43,221 nucleotides of DNA, from positions 1-43,221 of the forward strand of contig PNIK01000015.1 in the NCBI GenBank assembly GCA_002877985.1, read 5' to 3'. The stretch's first letter is position 1. Every line of letters starts with the position of its first letter. The position numbers and the translations under genes are program-made. Origin of the DNA: Thermodesulfobacterium geofontis. Lineage in GTDB: Bacteria; Desulfobacterota; Thermodesulfobacteria; Thermodesulfobacteriales; Thermodesulfobacteriaceae. Shown piece by piece: positions 19,117 to 27,861 of this stretch. The notes beneath the pieces are model-generated. The model searched no databases. It was given only the letters and a program-made list of their open reading frames with translations, and was not told the DNA's origin.

Positions 19117-20019
19117 TCAATCTTCTTTTGCTCTTGGATGAGCTTTGAGATAGGTTTTTAAAAGATATTCATAATTAACTTTAGTGTAGACCTCTGTAGT
19201 GGTAATGGATGAATGCCCAAGCATTTCCTGAATACTTCTTAAATCAACCCCTGCATTTAAAAGATGAGTAGCAAAGGCGTGTCTCAAAATATGAGGATGT
19301 AAATAGAATAAACCCCATTTTTTTCCCCATTTTTTAATAATATATCTTATCCCCCTTTCACTTAATTTTTCCCCTTTAAAATTTAAAAAAACATAAGGGC
19401 TTTTCTTTTTTAATTTTAAAAGAAACTCTTCTCTTATTTTTAGATATTCTTTCAGTGCTTTCATAGCCTTTTTACCAAAGGGAACAATCCTTTCCTTTTT
19501 ACCTTTTCCTAAAACTCTTATTATTTGCAACCCAAAATTAATCTGATCTATAGTTAAATTAGCTATTTCACTCACCCTTAAACCACATCCATAAGCAATT
19601 TCTAAAAGGGCTCTATCCCTAATATTTAAAAATCTATCCTCCCCTTCTAAATTATCTATAAAATTATTTAGTTCTTCCTCTGTGGGAACTAAAGGTATCT
19701 TTTTAGAAATTTTTGGGTTTGAGAAATAGATAAATAAATTTTTTTTAATTTTTTTTTCTTTCAATAGATACTTTAAAAAACTACGAATGCTACTTAGTTT
19801 TCTTGCGATAGTAGTGGCAGATTTTCTTTCTCTTTTGAGAGAAAAAAGATAGAATCTAATATTAAAAGGTTCTAAAGAATCCAAAGAACTAATCTTTTGG
19901 GTTTCTAAAAAATTTAAAAAATCTTCTAAATCCCTTTTATAACTCTTTATAGTATTAAGTGAATAGTTTTTTTCAATACTTAAGTAATTTAAAAAATCCT
20001 TCAAAAATTTTTCAATCAC
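19117..20019 (-). CDS. xerC: Tyrosine recombinase XerC
   Basis: Intact catalytic motifs: GLRVSE, GKGKKER, HPHILRHAFATHLL, LGHSSITTTEVYT, HPRA; 300 aa. GTG start overlaps the upstream TGA (GTGA). Confidence 0.85.
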   Translation of the reverse strand: MIEKFLKDFLNYLSIEKNYSLNTIKSYKRDLEDFLNFLETQKISSLDSLEPFNIRFYLFSLKRERKSATTIARKLSSIRSFLKYLLKEKKIKKNLFIYFSNPKISKKIPLVPTEEELNNFIDNLEGEDRFLNIRDRALLEIAYGCGLRVSEIANLTIDQINFGLQIIRVLGKGKKERIVPFGKKAMKALKEYLKIREEFLLKLKKKSPYVFLNFKGEKLSERGIRYIIKKWGKKWGLFYLHPHILRHAFATHLLNAGVDLRSIQEMLGHSSITTTEVYTKVNYEYLLKTYLKAHPRAKED

Positions 20020-21767
20020 TGTAGAAGTTCTTTTATTTTCAAAAATAAGTCATTTATACTAAAAGGTTTAAGTATCACTCTATTACTTGGAAGCTCAGCT
20101 AATCCAAATATATCACCAGTTAGAAAAATTACATCTATATTAGGAAATTTTTGCTTTAAAATCTGATACAACTCTCCTCCCTTTATGTCTGGAAGATGAA
20201 GATCACTTATCAATAAATCCGCTCTTTCAATTTCTGAAAGATTTTCTTTAACTTCTTTACCTGAAGAAAAGACATAAACCTTATATCCTTCTGTTTCAAG
20301 AATTTCTTTTAAATTTTTTCTTGTTTCTTCTTCATCTTCTACCAATATAATATAAGTTTCTTCAGGTTTCTTTTTTTCTTTTTCAATTTTTTTAACCTCT
20401 ACTAAAGGTACATAAACCTTAAAGATAGTTCCCTTACCTACTTCACTTTCAACTTCGATTTTTCCTCCTATATTATTTATATGACTTTTTACCAAAAATA
20501 AACCTAATCCACTGCTTTTTTCTTTGGTGGTAAAGAATGGTTGAAAGATTTTATCAAGGTATTCTTCAGGGATTCCACATCCTGTATCTTTAATAAAAAC
20601 TAGAAGATATTTTTTTCCTTCTTCTGTCTTTGTTCTTAAAATAAGGGATATAGTTCCTTCTCCTTCTATGGCATCCTTTGCATTACTTATAAAATTCAGA
20701 AATATATATCTCCAGAAAGATTCATCTCCTGGAACCCAAGCTGAAGAGAGGTAATTAAAATCAAGCTGAATAAAAATGTGAGAACCTGCTATAAGCTGAA
20801 ACAATTCTAAATTATTTTTCATAAAACTTATAATTTCTGTTCTCTTCTCTTCTATTTCTCTAAATTCCTTGGTATAATCTAAAAGCAGTTTATTTAAATC
20901 AATCCATGAGGATAAGGTCTTTTCTGTTAAATTGAGATATTTCTTTATTTTCTGTGGATTATTTAAGTTTTTTTCTACGTCTTTAAGATAATTTCTAACC
21001 TGCTGTAATATATTATTAAAATCATGAACCATACTTTTTAAGAAACTTCCAAAACTCTGGGTTTTATGAATACTGTCCAGTCTTTGTCTTAAATCTAAAA
21101 ATTCTGTAACATCCATACCTGTTATAACTAAAATCTTTTCCTCATCAATATCCTTCATAGCAAAACATTTTCCTAAATAAGTTTTGCTTTTTCCTTCCTT
21201 ATTTATAAGATTCAGCATAATTTCCTCTTCTTTTTCTCCCACTAATACTTCATTAATTATCTTTTCTATCCCAAACTTTTCTTCTGAAGAAACTACAAGC
21301 TCTGTAAAGTTTTTATCTAATAATTCCTGCTTTGTATAACCCAGATTTTTTTCAAAAAAGCTGTTTAAATATTTTATCTTTCCCTTTTTAATAAATATTA
21401 CTAAAAGAGGAAGATTTTCCAGTAATTTAAAATAGGAACTTTTATAGTAGGTCTCTTCATTTATATCTCTAACAAGAATTATAATTTTATCCTCGGAAAA
21501 ATAATTGTATTCAATAAAATAGGATTTTTTACCTAAGGAAAGCGTTATTTTAATTTGAGGTTTTTCAGGGCTTAAATATTCTTTTACACAGCTTTCACAG
21601 GGATCTGAATATTGATGAAATAAAAAATAACAGGTGGGAGAAGAACTTAAATCTAGGTTAAAAATTTCTTTAGCTTTTTTGTTAGCATAAATTATAAAAT
21701 ATTCTCTATTAACAATTAATATTCCTGTATCAAACCTATCTAATATCTCGTCAAATCTTATTTCCAT
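20016..21767 (-). CDS. Cytoplasmic PAS-PAS hybrid sensor histidine kinase/receiver (CckA-like)
   Basis: H-box VHDFNNIL, N-box NFISNAKDA, G1 DTGCGI, F-box PFFTTK, G2 GLGL, receiver (VEDE, ISD, KPF). No obvious transmembrane helix. Confidence 0.92.
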   Translation of the reverse strand: MEIRFDEILDRFDTGILIVNREYFIIYANKKAKEIFNLDLSSSPTCYFLFHQYSDPCESCVKEYLSPEKPQIKITLSLGKKSYFIEYNYFSEDKIIILVRDINEETYYKSSYFKLLENLPLLVIFIKKGKIKYLNSFFEKNLGYTKQELLDKNFTELVVSSEEKFGIEKIINEVLVGEKEEEIMLNLINKEGKSKTYLGKCFAMKDIDEEKILVITGMDVTEFLDLRQRLDSIHKTQSFGSFLKSMVHDFNNILQQVRNYLKDVEKNLNNPQKIKKYLNLTEKTLSSWIDLNKLLLDYTKEFREIEEKRTEIISFMKNNLELFQLIAGSHIFIQLDFNYLSSAWVPGDESFWRYIFLNFISNAKDAIEGEGTISLILRTKTEEGKKYLLVFIKDTGCGIPEEYLDKIFQPFFTTKEKSSGLGLFLVKSHINNIGGKIEVESEVGKGTIFKVYVPLVEVKKIEKEKKKPEETYIILVEDEEETRKNLKEILETEGYKVYVFSSGKEVKENLSEIERADLLISDLHLPDIKGGELYQILKQKFPNIDVIFLTGDIFGLAELPSNRVILKPFSINDLFLKIKELLQ

Positions 21768-21797
21768 AAAGTAAAAAATCCTCCGCGCTATATATAT

Positions 21798-21824
21798 CTA
21801 TCGAACAAATGGATAAAAAGTTTA
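21798..21824 (-). promoter_or_regulatory. Candidate sigma28 promoter upstream of the hybrid kinase
   Basis: Minus strand TAAA-ctttttatccatttg(15 nt)-TTCGATAG. Spacing and the CGATA core match sigma28; followed by SD GGAGG. Confidence 0.55.
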
Positions 21825-21839
21825 AAAAATTTTAGAATT

Positions 21840-23075
21840 TTATGTTTTAGAAGTTTTAAATTTGAAAACCAGAAGATAAGTATTGAAAGAAAACAAAAAT
21901 AAATTATAAAAAAAGAGAGTTATCTGTAAACCCATTTTATTGGCTAAAAAACCTGCTAAAAAACTTCCTATAGGGTGCATCCCTAAAAAAGCTAAAATAA
22001 AAAGACTTATTATTCTTCCTCTTAATTGATCAGGAGTATTTTCTTGAAGATAACTATTAGCTACTGGAAAAAAATTGGTAAAAGAAAATCCTATTAAAAA
22101 ACAAAAAACCAAAGTGGCATACCAATTTTTAATAAAATTTAAGCCCAGAAGACCTAAACTTAAAATTACAGTATATTTAAAAAGATGTTTTATTTCATCT
22201 TCGATTGGTTTTCTAAAAATTACTGAAGAGGCTCCAAATATAGCACCTAATCCCAGAATAGAAGATAGAAAAGCGAATTCCTTACCCCCTTTACCATGGA
22301 TTTGATGAACAATAACAGGAAGTAAAACCATTACTGAGGCGCCAAACACTGTAAAAGTAGCAGTAGAAAAAATTATATTTAATATTTTCTTTTCTCTTTT
22401 TAAAAATTCATAAATCTCTCTGTAAGATCCTTTTATTTCTACTTTTTCTATTTTCTTAGTCTCTTTCTTTTTCTCGGTTTTTATAAAAAGTATTAAAAAA
22501 ATAAAAAGAGGTATAAAACTAAGGGCATTAATATAGAAACATTGATATAAATTACCAGAGGAAATGATCAAACCTGCAAAAAATGGTCCTAATATGCGTG
22601 CAGTATTAAAAGATAAAGATTGAAAAGAAATGGCTTTAGTTAAAAATCTCATGGGAACTATTTCTGAAATAAAAACCTGTCTTAAAGGTGTATCTAAAGC
22701 CGATAAGCATCCAGATAAAAAGGCAAGAAAAGTAATCTGCCAAAAGGTTATTAATTTAAATTGGGTTAAAATACCTAATATTAGAGGAGGAAAGATTGAA
22801 AAAAAGGTAATCATACTAAGTAATTTTTTTCTGTCAAAAAGATCTATAAGAATCCCAGATATAAAAGTTAAAATAATTGTTGGAAAGGAACTAATAAAAC
22901 TAAAGATTCCTAAATAAAGAGAAGACCAAGTAAGTTCATAAACTAACCAAACTTGTGCAGCGTTTTGAATCCAAGAACCTGTAAAGGATATAAAGTGCCC
23001 AATGATAAAAAGTCTAAAATTTTTGATTTTTAAAGGATTGTCTTCTAAATAAAACCTTGACTTAAAATTTTTCAC
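21840..23075 (-). CDS. MFS transporter (MFS_3/DHA3-like exporter)
   Basis: About 12 hydrophobic segments; FISFTGSWIQ..AQVWLVYELT, GILIDLFDRKK, P.RQ.FISEIV, LRGRIIS. Confidence 0.9.
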   Translation of the reverse strand: MKNFKSRFYLEDNPLKIKNFRLFIIGHFISFTGSWIQNAAQVWLVYELTWSSLYLGIFSFISSFPTIILTFISGILIDLFDRKKLLSMITFFSIFPPLILGILTQFKLITFWQITFLAFLSGCLSALDTPLRQVFISEIVPMRFLTKAISFQSLSFNTARILGPFFAGLIISSGNLYQCFYINALSFIPLFIFLILFIKTEKKKETKKIEKVEIKGSYREIYEFLKREKKILNIIFSTATFTVFGASVMVLLPVIVHQIHGKGGKEFAFLSSILGLGAIFGASSVIFRKPIEDEIKHLFKYTVILSLGLLGLNFIKNWYATLVFCFLIGFSFTNFFPVANSYLQENTPDQLRGRIISLFILAFLGMHPIGSFLAGFLANKMGLQITLFFYNLFLFSFNTYLLVFKFKTSKT

Positions 23076-23231
23076 CTCTTTAATATTAATGATTTTCTAA
23101 GGTTTAACAAGCACTTTTTAAAATTTAATTTTTTTAAAATTTTAAAAAATTTTAAAATTTACCCCTTTACAAAATTTTTTTTAGGTGTAGGTTGAAGTTA
23201 TAAGAAAAACTTTTAAGGAGGTTTAAGTAAC

Positions 23232-23486
23232 ATGTTCAGAGGTAAGGTTAAGTGGTTTGATGAGAAGAAGGGTTATGGTTTCATTTCTAAGGAAGATGGT
23301 GGAGATGTATTTGTACATTACTCTGCCATCGAAATGCCAGGTTTCAAAACTCTTAGGGAAGGACAGATAGTGGAATTTGAAGTAGTCCAAGGTCCTAAGG
23401 GGGAACAAGCTTCAAAAGTAAGGATTTTAGATGCAGGTAGTCCCAGAAGATCTCAAAAAAGGGCTCCTAGGAAAGAACAGAGCTAA
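23232..23486 (+). CDS. cspA: Cold-shock domain protein (CspA family) with basic C-terminal tail
   Basis: [15 protein letters not shown] (RNP1) and DVFVHYSAI (RNP2); SD AAGGAGG. Confidence 0.95.
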   Translation: MFRGKVKWFDEKKGYGFISKEDGGDVFVHYSAIEMPGFKTLREGQIVEFEVVQGPKGEQASKVRILDAGSPRRSQKRAPRKEQS

Positions 23487-23507
23487 GTTTCTCAATTAAG
23501 CTAACCC

Positions 23508-23525
23508 GGGGAGGAATTCCTCCCC
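23508..23525 (+). terminator. GC-rich hairpin after csp
   Basis: Perfect palindrome GGGGAGGAATTCCTCCCC followed by attctcatattttt (imperfect U tract). Confidence 0.65.
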
Positions 23526-23549
23526 ATTCTCATATTTTTTAATATTTTT

Positions 23550-23768
23550 ATGAGGAGTTCTTTTTTTCTAATAAAACTAAGTTCTAAAAAACTGGCTTAT
23601 TTAAAATTCATTCTCGAAGGTTATGATCATTTGGCAATTTTAAGTGTTCTTGATCCAAAAAAGGGGTTAGCAAAACTTCATTTTTTTAAAAATGAAAAAT
23701 CTTTTGTAAAAGAAATATTGGAAGATTTAAAGACCGAACTTTCCCTTGAAATAATAGATATTTCCTGA
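23550..23768 (+). CDS. DUF4911 family small protein
   Basis: AYLKFILEGYDHLAILSVLDPKKG matches the DUF4911 pattern as I recall it. Confidence 0.75.
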   Translation: MRSSFFLIKLSSKKLAYLKFILEGYDHLAILSVLDPKKGLAKLHFFKNEKSFVKEILEDLKTELSLEIIDIS

Positions 23769-23774
23769 TAAAAT
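23746..23774 (+). promoter_or_regulatory. Sigma70 promoter for ppcA
   Basis: TTGAAA-N17-TAAAAT with extended -10 TG. It ends 8 nt before the ppcA ATG, and no SD is present. Confidence 0.6.
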
Positions 23775-23782
23775 ATTTTTTA

Positions 23783-25264
23783 ATGAAAATCCCAAGAGTT
23801 ATGTCAACCCAACATCCAGATAATGTATCTATTCCATTTTTTGCTGAACATCCAGATATGTCAGGAGAAGACGAGATTCAGGAGGCTTATTATGCCTTTT
23901 CCCATCTTGGATGCGATGAACAAATGTGGGATAGTGAAGGAAAGGAAGTAGATGATTTTGTAGTAAAAAAGCTTCTCTCTAAATATCCAGCCTTTTTCAA
24001 AAACAAAAAATTAGGAAAAGATGTATTTATAACTCTAAGAATCCCCAATCCTACAGTAGAAAAAGAAGAAGCTAAAATTCTTGTAGAAGCTTTAGAAAGT
24101 ATTCCTCGTTCTATGGATGCAGCCAAAGTTTTTTACGAAAGTCCCTCCCCACCCATCTTTGAAGTAATTCTTCCTATGACCACCTCAGCTAAGGAATTAA
24201 ACAGAGTTTATTATTTTTATAAAAACTTTATTTCTGGAAAGCAATATCAAAAGATTTACGAAGATGATATTACTGTGGCTGATTGGGTAGGAGAATTTTT
24301 GCCTGAAAAAATAAATGTGATCCCTCTTTTTGAAGATGTAGAGACCCTTTTTAAGGTAGATAAAATTTTATCTGAATACCTGAAAGATAAAGACTTTAAT
24401 TACTTAAGAGTATTTTTAGCCAGATCTGATCCTGCCATGAATTACGGAATGGTAAGTGCCATTTTAGCTATAAAAATTGCTCTCAAAAAACTTGAAAAAC
24501 TTTCTATGGAAAAAGAAATTGAAATTTATCCTATTTTAGGAGCAGGAACTCCGCCCTTTAGGGGGAATCTTTCTCCTTATACCGTTGATAAAGTTCTTGC
24601 AGAGTATCCTTCTGTAGAAACCTTTACAGTTCAGTCTGCTTTTAAATATGATTTTCCCATAGAAGATGTTATTGCAGGTATTAAAAGGTTGAAAAATTTT
24701 GTTCGTTATCCTTTAGAGGAATTTGACGAAAATTTTTGCCAAAAAATTATAGAAAAGTTTTCTAAGGAATATCATACTCTTATTTCTGCCCTTGCTCCTG
24801 CCATAAACGAACTTGCCAAATATGTACCCAGAAGAAGAATGAGAAAACTACATATTGGTCTTTTTGGATATTCAAGAAGTGTTGGAGGGGTTACTCTTCC
24901 CAGAGTTATAAATTTTTGTGCTGCCTGCTATTCTATCGGACTTCCTCCTGAACTCTTAGGTGTAAATTGCTTAAATAAAGAAGATTTGAAAGATCTTAAA
25001 AGTGTTTATAAGAATCTGGAATACGATTTTTCCATTGCTCTGCAGTATTTCAATCCTAAATGCTTAGAGTTATTAAATGAAGAAGAAAAAAATAAAATTG
25101 TAAAAGCTCTGGAAATTTTAAATTCTCTTAATATAAAATATACAGTTAATATGGAACATAAAGAAGTGACTACAAATATTTTAAAGAATTTGAAAAAAGG
25201 GGTAACCTCAAACTTAAGCGAACTTCTTCTTGAGGGAGCCTATTTAAGAAGATTTTTGGGTTAA
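23783..25264 (+). CDS. ppcA: Archaeal-type phosphoenolpyruvate carboxylase
   Basis: IPRVMSTQHPDN, MWDSEGK, FLARSDPAMNYG, PFRGNL, RRMRKLHIGLFGYSR; 493 aa, far shorter than bacterial Ppc. Confidence 0.95.
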   Translation: MKIPRVMSTQHPDNVSIPFFAEHPDMSGEDEIQEAYYAFSHLGCDEQMWDSEGKEVDDFVVKKLLSKYPAFFKNKKLGKDVFITLRIPNPTVEKEEAKILVEALESIPRSMDAAKVFYESPSPPIFEVILPMTTSAKELNRVYYFYKNFISGKQYQKIYEDDITVADWVGEFLPEKINVIPLFEDVETLFKVDKILSEYLKDKDFNYLRVFLARSDPAMNYGMVSAILAIKIALKKLEKLSMEKEIEIYPILGAGTPPFRGNLSPYTVDKVLAEYPSVETFTVQSAFKYDFPIEDVIAGIKRLKNFVRYPLEEFDENFCQKIIEKFSKEYHTLISALAPAINELAKYVPRRRMRKLHIGLFGYSRSVGGVTLPRVINFCAACYSIGLPPELLGVNCLNKEDLKDLKSVYKNLEYDFSIALQYFNPKCLELLNEEEKNKIVKALEILNSLNIKYTVNMEHKEVTTNILKNLKKGVTSNLSELLLEGAYLRRFLG

Positions 25265-25268
25265 ATTT

Positions 25269-26366
25269 TTAATCCTTAAAAAAATCGGGAAACTTTAGCC
25301 TTTTCTGAAAGGCAAGATTAGAAAGTTGTCTTAGCAAATGGTCAGCAAGTACAATTCTTACCATAGCTTCTATTACCGGAACAATCCTTGGAATTGCAGA
25401 AATATCGTGTCTTCCGCCTACTGAAATTTCAACCTCTTCTTTTTTTTCATTAATAGTTTTTTGAATCTTTCTAATGCTTGGAATGGGTTTAACAGCAACT
25501 CTCATAATTATGTCCTGTCCTGAAGAAATTCCTCCAAGCATACCTCCTGCATCATTTTTTAAAAATCCCTGAGGACTTATGGGATCGTTATTTTCAGATC
25601 CTTTCATATAAGCAACTCTAAAACCCGCACCCATTTCTATACCCTTTACTGCCCCTATGCTACAAATAGCTTTTGCAAGATCAGCACTTAATTTATCAAA
25701 AACTGGTTCTCCCAATCCAGCAGGAACACCTCTTGCAAGAACCTCAACTATTCCTCCCAGTGAATCCCCTTCTTCCTTAGTTTTCTCAATCTTTTCACAC
25801 ATTTTTTCATAGGCTTTCATATCTGGACAGAATAGATGATTTTTATAAATAGCTTCTAAATTCCTTTCCTTAGCCTCAATTCCTCCGAGAGCAATAGTGT
25901 AAGCTATAACCTCAATTCCATATTCTTCTAATATTCTTTTTGCAACAGCTCCTGCAGCAACTCTTGCCACAGTTTCTCTTCCGCTACTTCTGCCTCCACC
26001 TCTGTAATCTCTGTAACCTCCATATTTTATAAAATAAGTAAAATCAGCATGCCCTGGCCTAAATATATCTTTAATTTTTTCATAAGTTGAGGAATCAACA
26101 TCTACATTGTAAATTAAAAGAGCTATAGGTGTCCCTATGGTATAACCTTGAAAAACTCCTGAAAGGATTTCTACCTTATCTTTCTCCTTTCTCGGAGTCT
26201 GACCAAGAGATTTACCTGGTCTTCTTTTTTCAAGCTCTTTTTGAATATATTCCTCTGTAAGAGATAATCCAGGAGGGCATCCATCTATTACTGCACCAAG
26301 AGCTCTACCATGAGACTCACCAAAGGTGGTAACCCTAAACAACCTTCCTATGGTATTTCCACTCAT
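25269..26366 (-). CDS. aroC: Chorismate synthase
   Basis: TTFGESHG, RPGHAD, GGGRSSGRET, KPIPSI, GRHD. Confidence 0.98.
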   Translation of the reverse strand: MSGNTIGRLFRVTTFGESHGRALGAVIDGCPPGLSLTEEYIQKELEKRRPGKSLGQTPRKEKDKVEILSGVFQGYTIGTPIALLIYNVDVDSSTYEKIKDIFRPGHADFTYFIKYGGYRDYRGGGRSSGRETVARVAAGAVAKRILEEYGIEVIAYTIALGGIEAKERNLEAIYKNHLFCPDMKAYEKMCEKIEKTKEEGDSLGGIVEVLARGVPAGLGEPVFDKLSADLAKAICSIGAVKGIEMGAGFRVAYMKGSENNDPISPQGFLKNDAGGMLGGISSGQDIIMRVAVKPIPSIRKIQKTINEKKEEVEISVGGRHDISAIPRIVPVIEAMVRIVLADHLLRQLSNLAFQKRLKFPDFFKD

Positions 26367-26417
26367 TTCCTTCTCTTCAACGAATTTATAAATTTATTTT
26401 AACCCCAATTTTAAAAA

Positions 26418-26445
26418 TGGACAAAACTTTTTAAAATGCTATATT
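26418..26445 (+). promoter_or_regulatory. Sigma70 promoter for ispD
   Basis: TGGACA-N16-TATATT with extended -10 TG. The ATG follows 7 nt later, with no SD. Confidence 0.5.
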
Positions 26446-26452
26446 TTCTGTT

Positions 26453-27145
26453 ATGATCATAGCTATTGTACCCTCAGCTGGAAAAGGAGAAAGAATCAAA
26501 GCTGAAAAACCAAAACAATTTTTGGAAATAAAAGGAATTCCTCTTTTAATCTATACTCTTTTAAAATTTGAAAAACACCCCCAAATAGATGGAATTATTT
26601 TGAGCGTCTCTTCTGAATATATAAGCTATACTGAAAAGCTCATCTCTTCTTATAATTTGAAAAAGGTTTTAAAGATAACAGAAGGAGGAAAAACAAGACA
26701 GGATTCTGTTTTTAAAGGGATTAAAGTTGCACCTCCTAAAGCGGAAATTTTTCTTGTGCATGATGCGGTAAGACCTTTTGTATCATCAGATTTAATAAGT
26801 AAAATAATTGATAATACTAAAATATTAGGAGCCTGTGTCCCTGCAATTCCTATAAGAGATACTATAAACAGAGTTTTTCAGGGAGAAATTATAGAAAACA
26901 TTAACAGAACCAACCTTTTCTGTATCCAAACCCCCCAAGGTATAAGAGCTAAGATTTTAAAAAACCTCCTCGAAAAAGCTCAAAAGGAAAATCTCATATT
27001 TTCTGATGAAAGCACCCTTCTTTTACATTATGGATATAAAGTTAAAATTATTGAGGGTTTCTTTTTAAATTTTAAAATTACCTATCCCGAGGATCTTTTT
27101 CTTGCAGAAAAGTTAATTGATTGTAAAATAGAAGACCTGTTATAA
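26453..27145 (+). CDS. ispD: 2-C-methyl-D-erythritol 4-phosphate cytidylyltransferase
   Basis: SAGKGER..PKQF, GGKTRQDSV, VHDAVRPF, QTPQG, NFKITYPED. Confidence 0.95.
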   Translation: MIIAIVPSAGKGERIKAEKPKQFLEIKGIPLLIYTLLKFEKHPQIDGIILSVSSEYISYTEKLISSYNLKKVLKITEGGKTRQDSVFKGIKVAPPKAEIFLVHDAVRPFVSSDLISKIIDNTKILGACVPAIPIRDTINRVFQGEIIENINRTNLFCIQTPQGIRAKILKNLLEKAQKENLIFSDESTLLLHYGYKVKIIEGFFLNFKITYPEDLFLAEKLIDCKIEDLL

Positions 27146-27176
27146 GTTTTTTAAAAAATTTAGTTCTTTAGGAATC

Positions 27177-27845
27177 ATGGAAATTAAATGGCTAAACAAT
27201 ATTCCTCCAGAACCTAGGGATTCTTTAAATTTTTTAAAAGCTCGATATTATTTATCCTCAGAGGAGGCTTTTAAACTTATTTACATTACTTTAAAATTAA
27301 AAGCTTTAAGTGATAGCCCCATTTATAAATTTTTAGAAAGAACCTTAACAGGGATAAAATTTGACGAAATTGATAAAAGGGAATACCTTTTGACCCTTTC
27401 TATACACACTTTAAGAGAACTTATAAAGGACCATCTTGATTTGAAGCTTACCAAAAACTTATATCTTTTTCTCAATAAAATTTTACCCAAGGAATTTATA
27501 AAAGATGTTTCTCCAAAGCACTCTATTTTAGCCTCTCAGGATATAATACCTGAAATCCTTACCTCAGAAGAAAAAACAAAGCTTCCCTCTTTTTTAAAAG
27601 CAAAACATGTGATGCTTTCTTTTTCCTTAAAAGGAAGTTGTGAAGAATTAATTACTCTTTTACATTTATTTCCTAATAGTTATGTATTAAAAATAGGAAA
27701 TCCATACCAAATTTTTACTTCTTTTTCTATTTCTGAAGCTTTCATTTTTCTTTTAAAACAAAAGGAAGAAGTTTTAAAAGATTCTGCAGAAAAAATTTTA
27801 GAAACTTTAAAAATTTTTTTTCCGGAATGTTTTGGAGAAATTTAA
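27177..27845 (+). CDS. Hypothetical protein, possibly a degenerate ThyX-like fold
   Basis: 222-aa ORF co-oriented between ispD and aconitase, with AGGA upstream. The ThyX resemblance is by eye only; confidence refers to the ORF being real. Confidence 0.75.
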   Translation: MEIKWLNNIPPEPRDSLNFLKARYYLSSEEAFKLIYITLKLKALSDSPIYKFLERTLTGIKFDEIDKREYLLTLSIHTLRELIKDHLDLKLTKNLYLFLNKILPKEFIKDVSPKHSILASQDIIPEILTSEEKTKLPSFLKAKHVMLSFSLKGSCEELITLLHLFPNSYVLKIGNPYQIFTSFSISEAFIFLLKQKEEVLKDSAEKILETLKIFFPECFGEI

Positions 27846-27861
27846 ATTTTGGAGGATTTAA

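Noticed and set aside
19117-20019. Tyrosine recombinase as a marker of an integrated element
   Set aside because: It has XerC-type length and motifs, sits among core genes, and I saw no att repeats, cargo genes or composition shift. I also did not spot a dif-like site.
23110-23185. Repeated TAAAATTTT units as a repeat array or origin
   Set aside because: This is low-complexity A/T sequence in a divergent promoter region, with no spacers and no DnaA-box cluster seen; it is probably UP-element or bent DNA.
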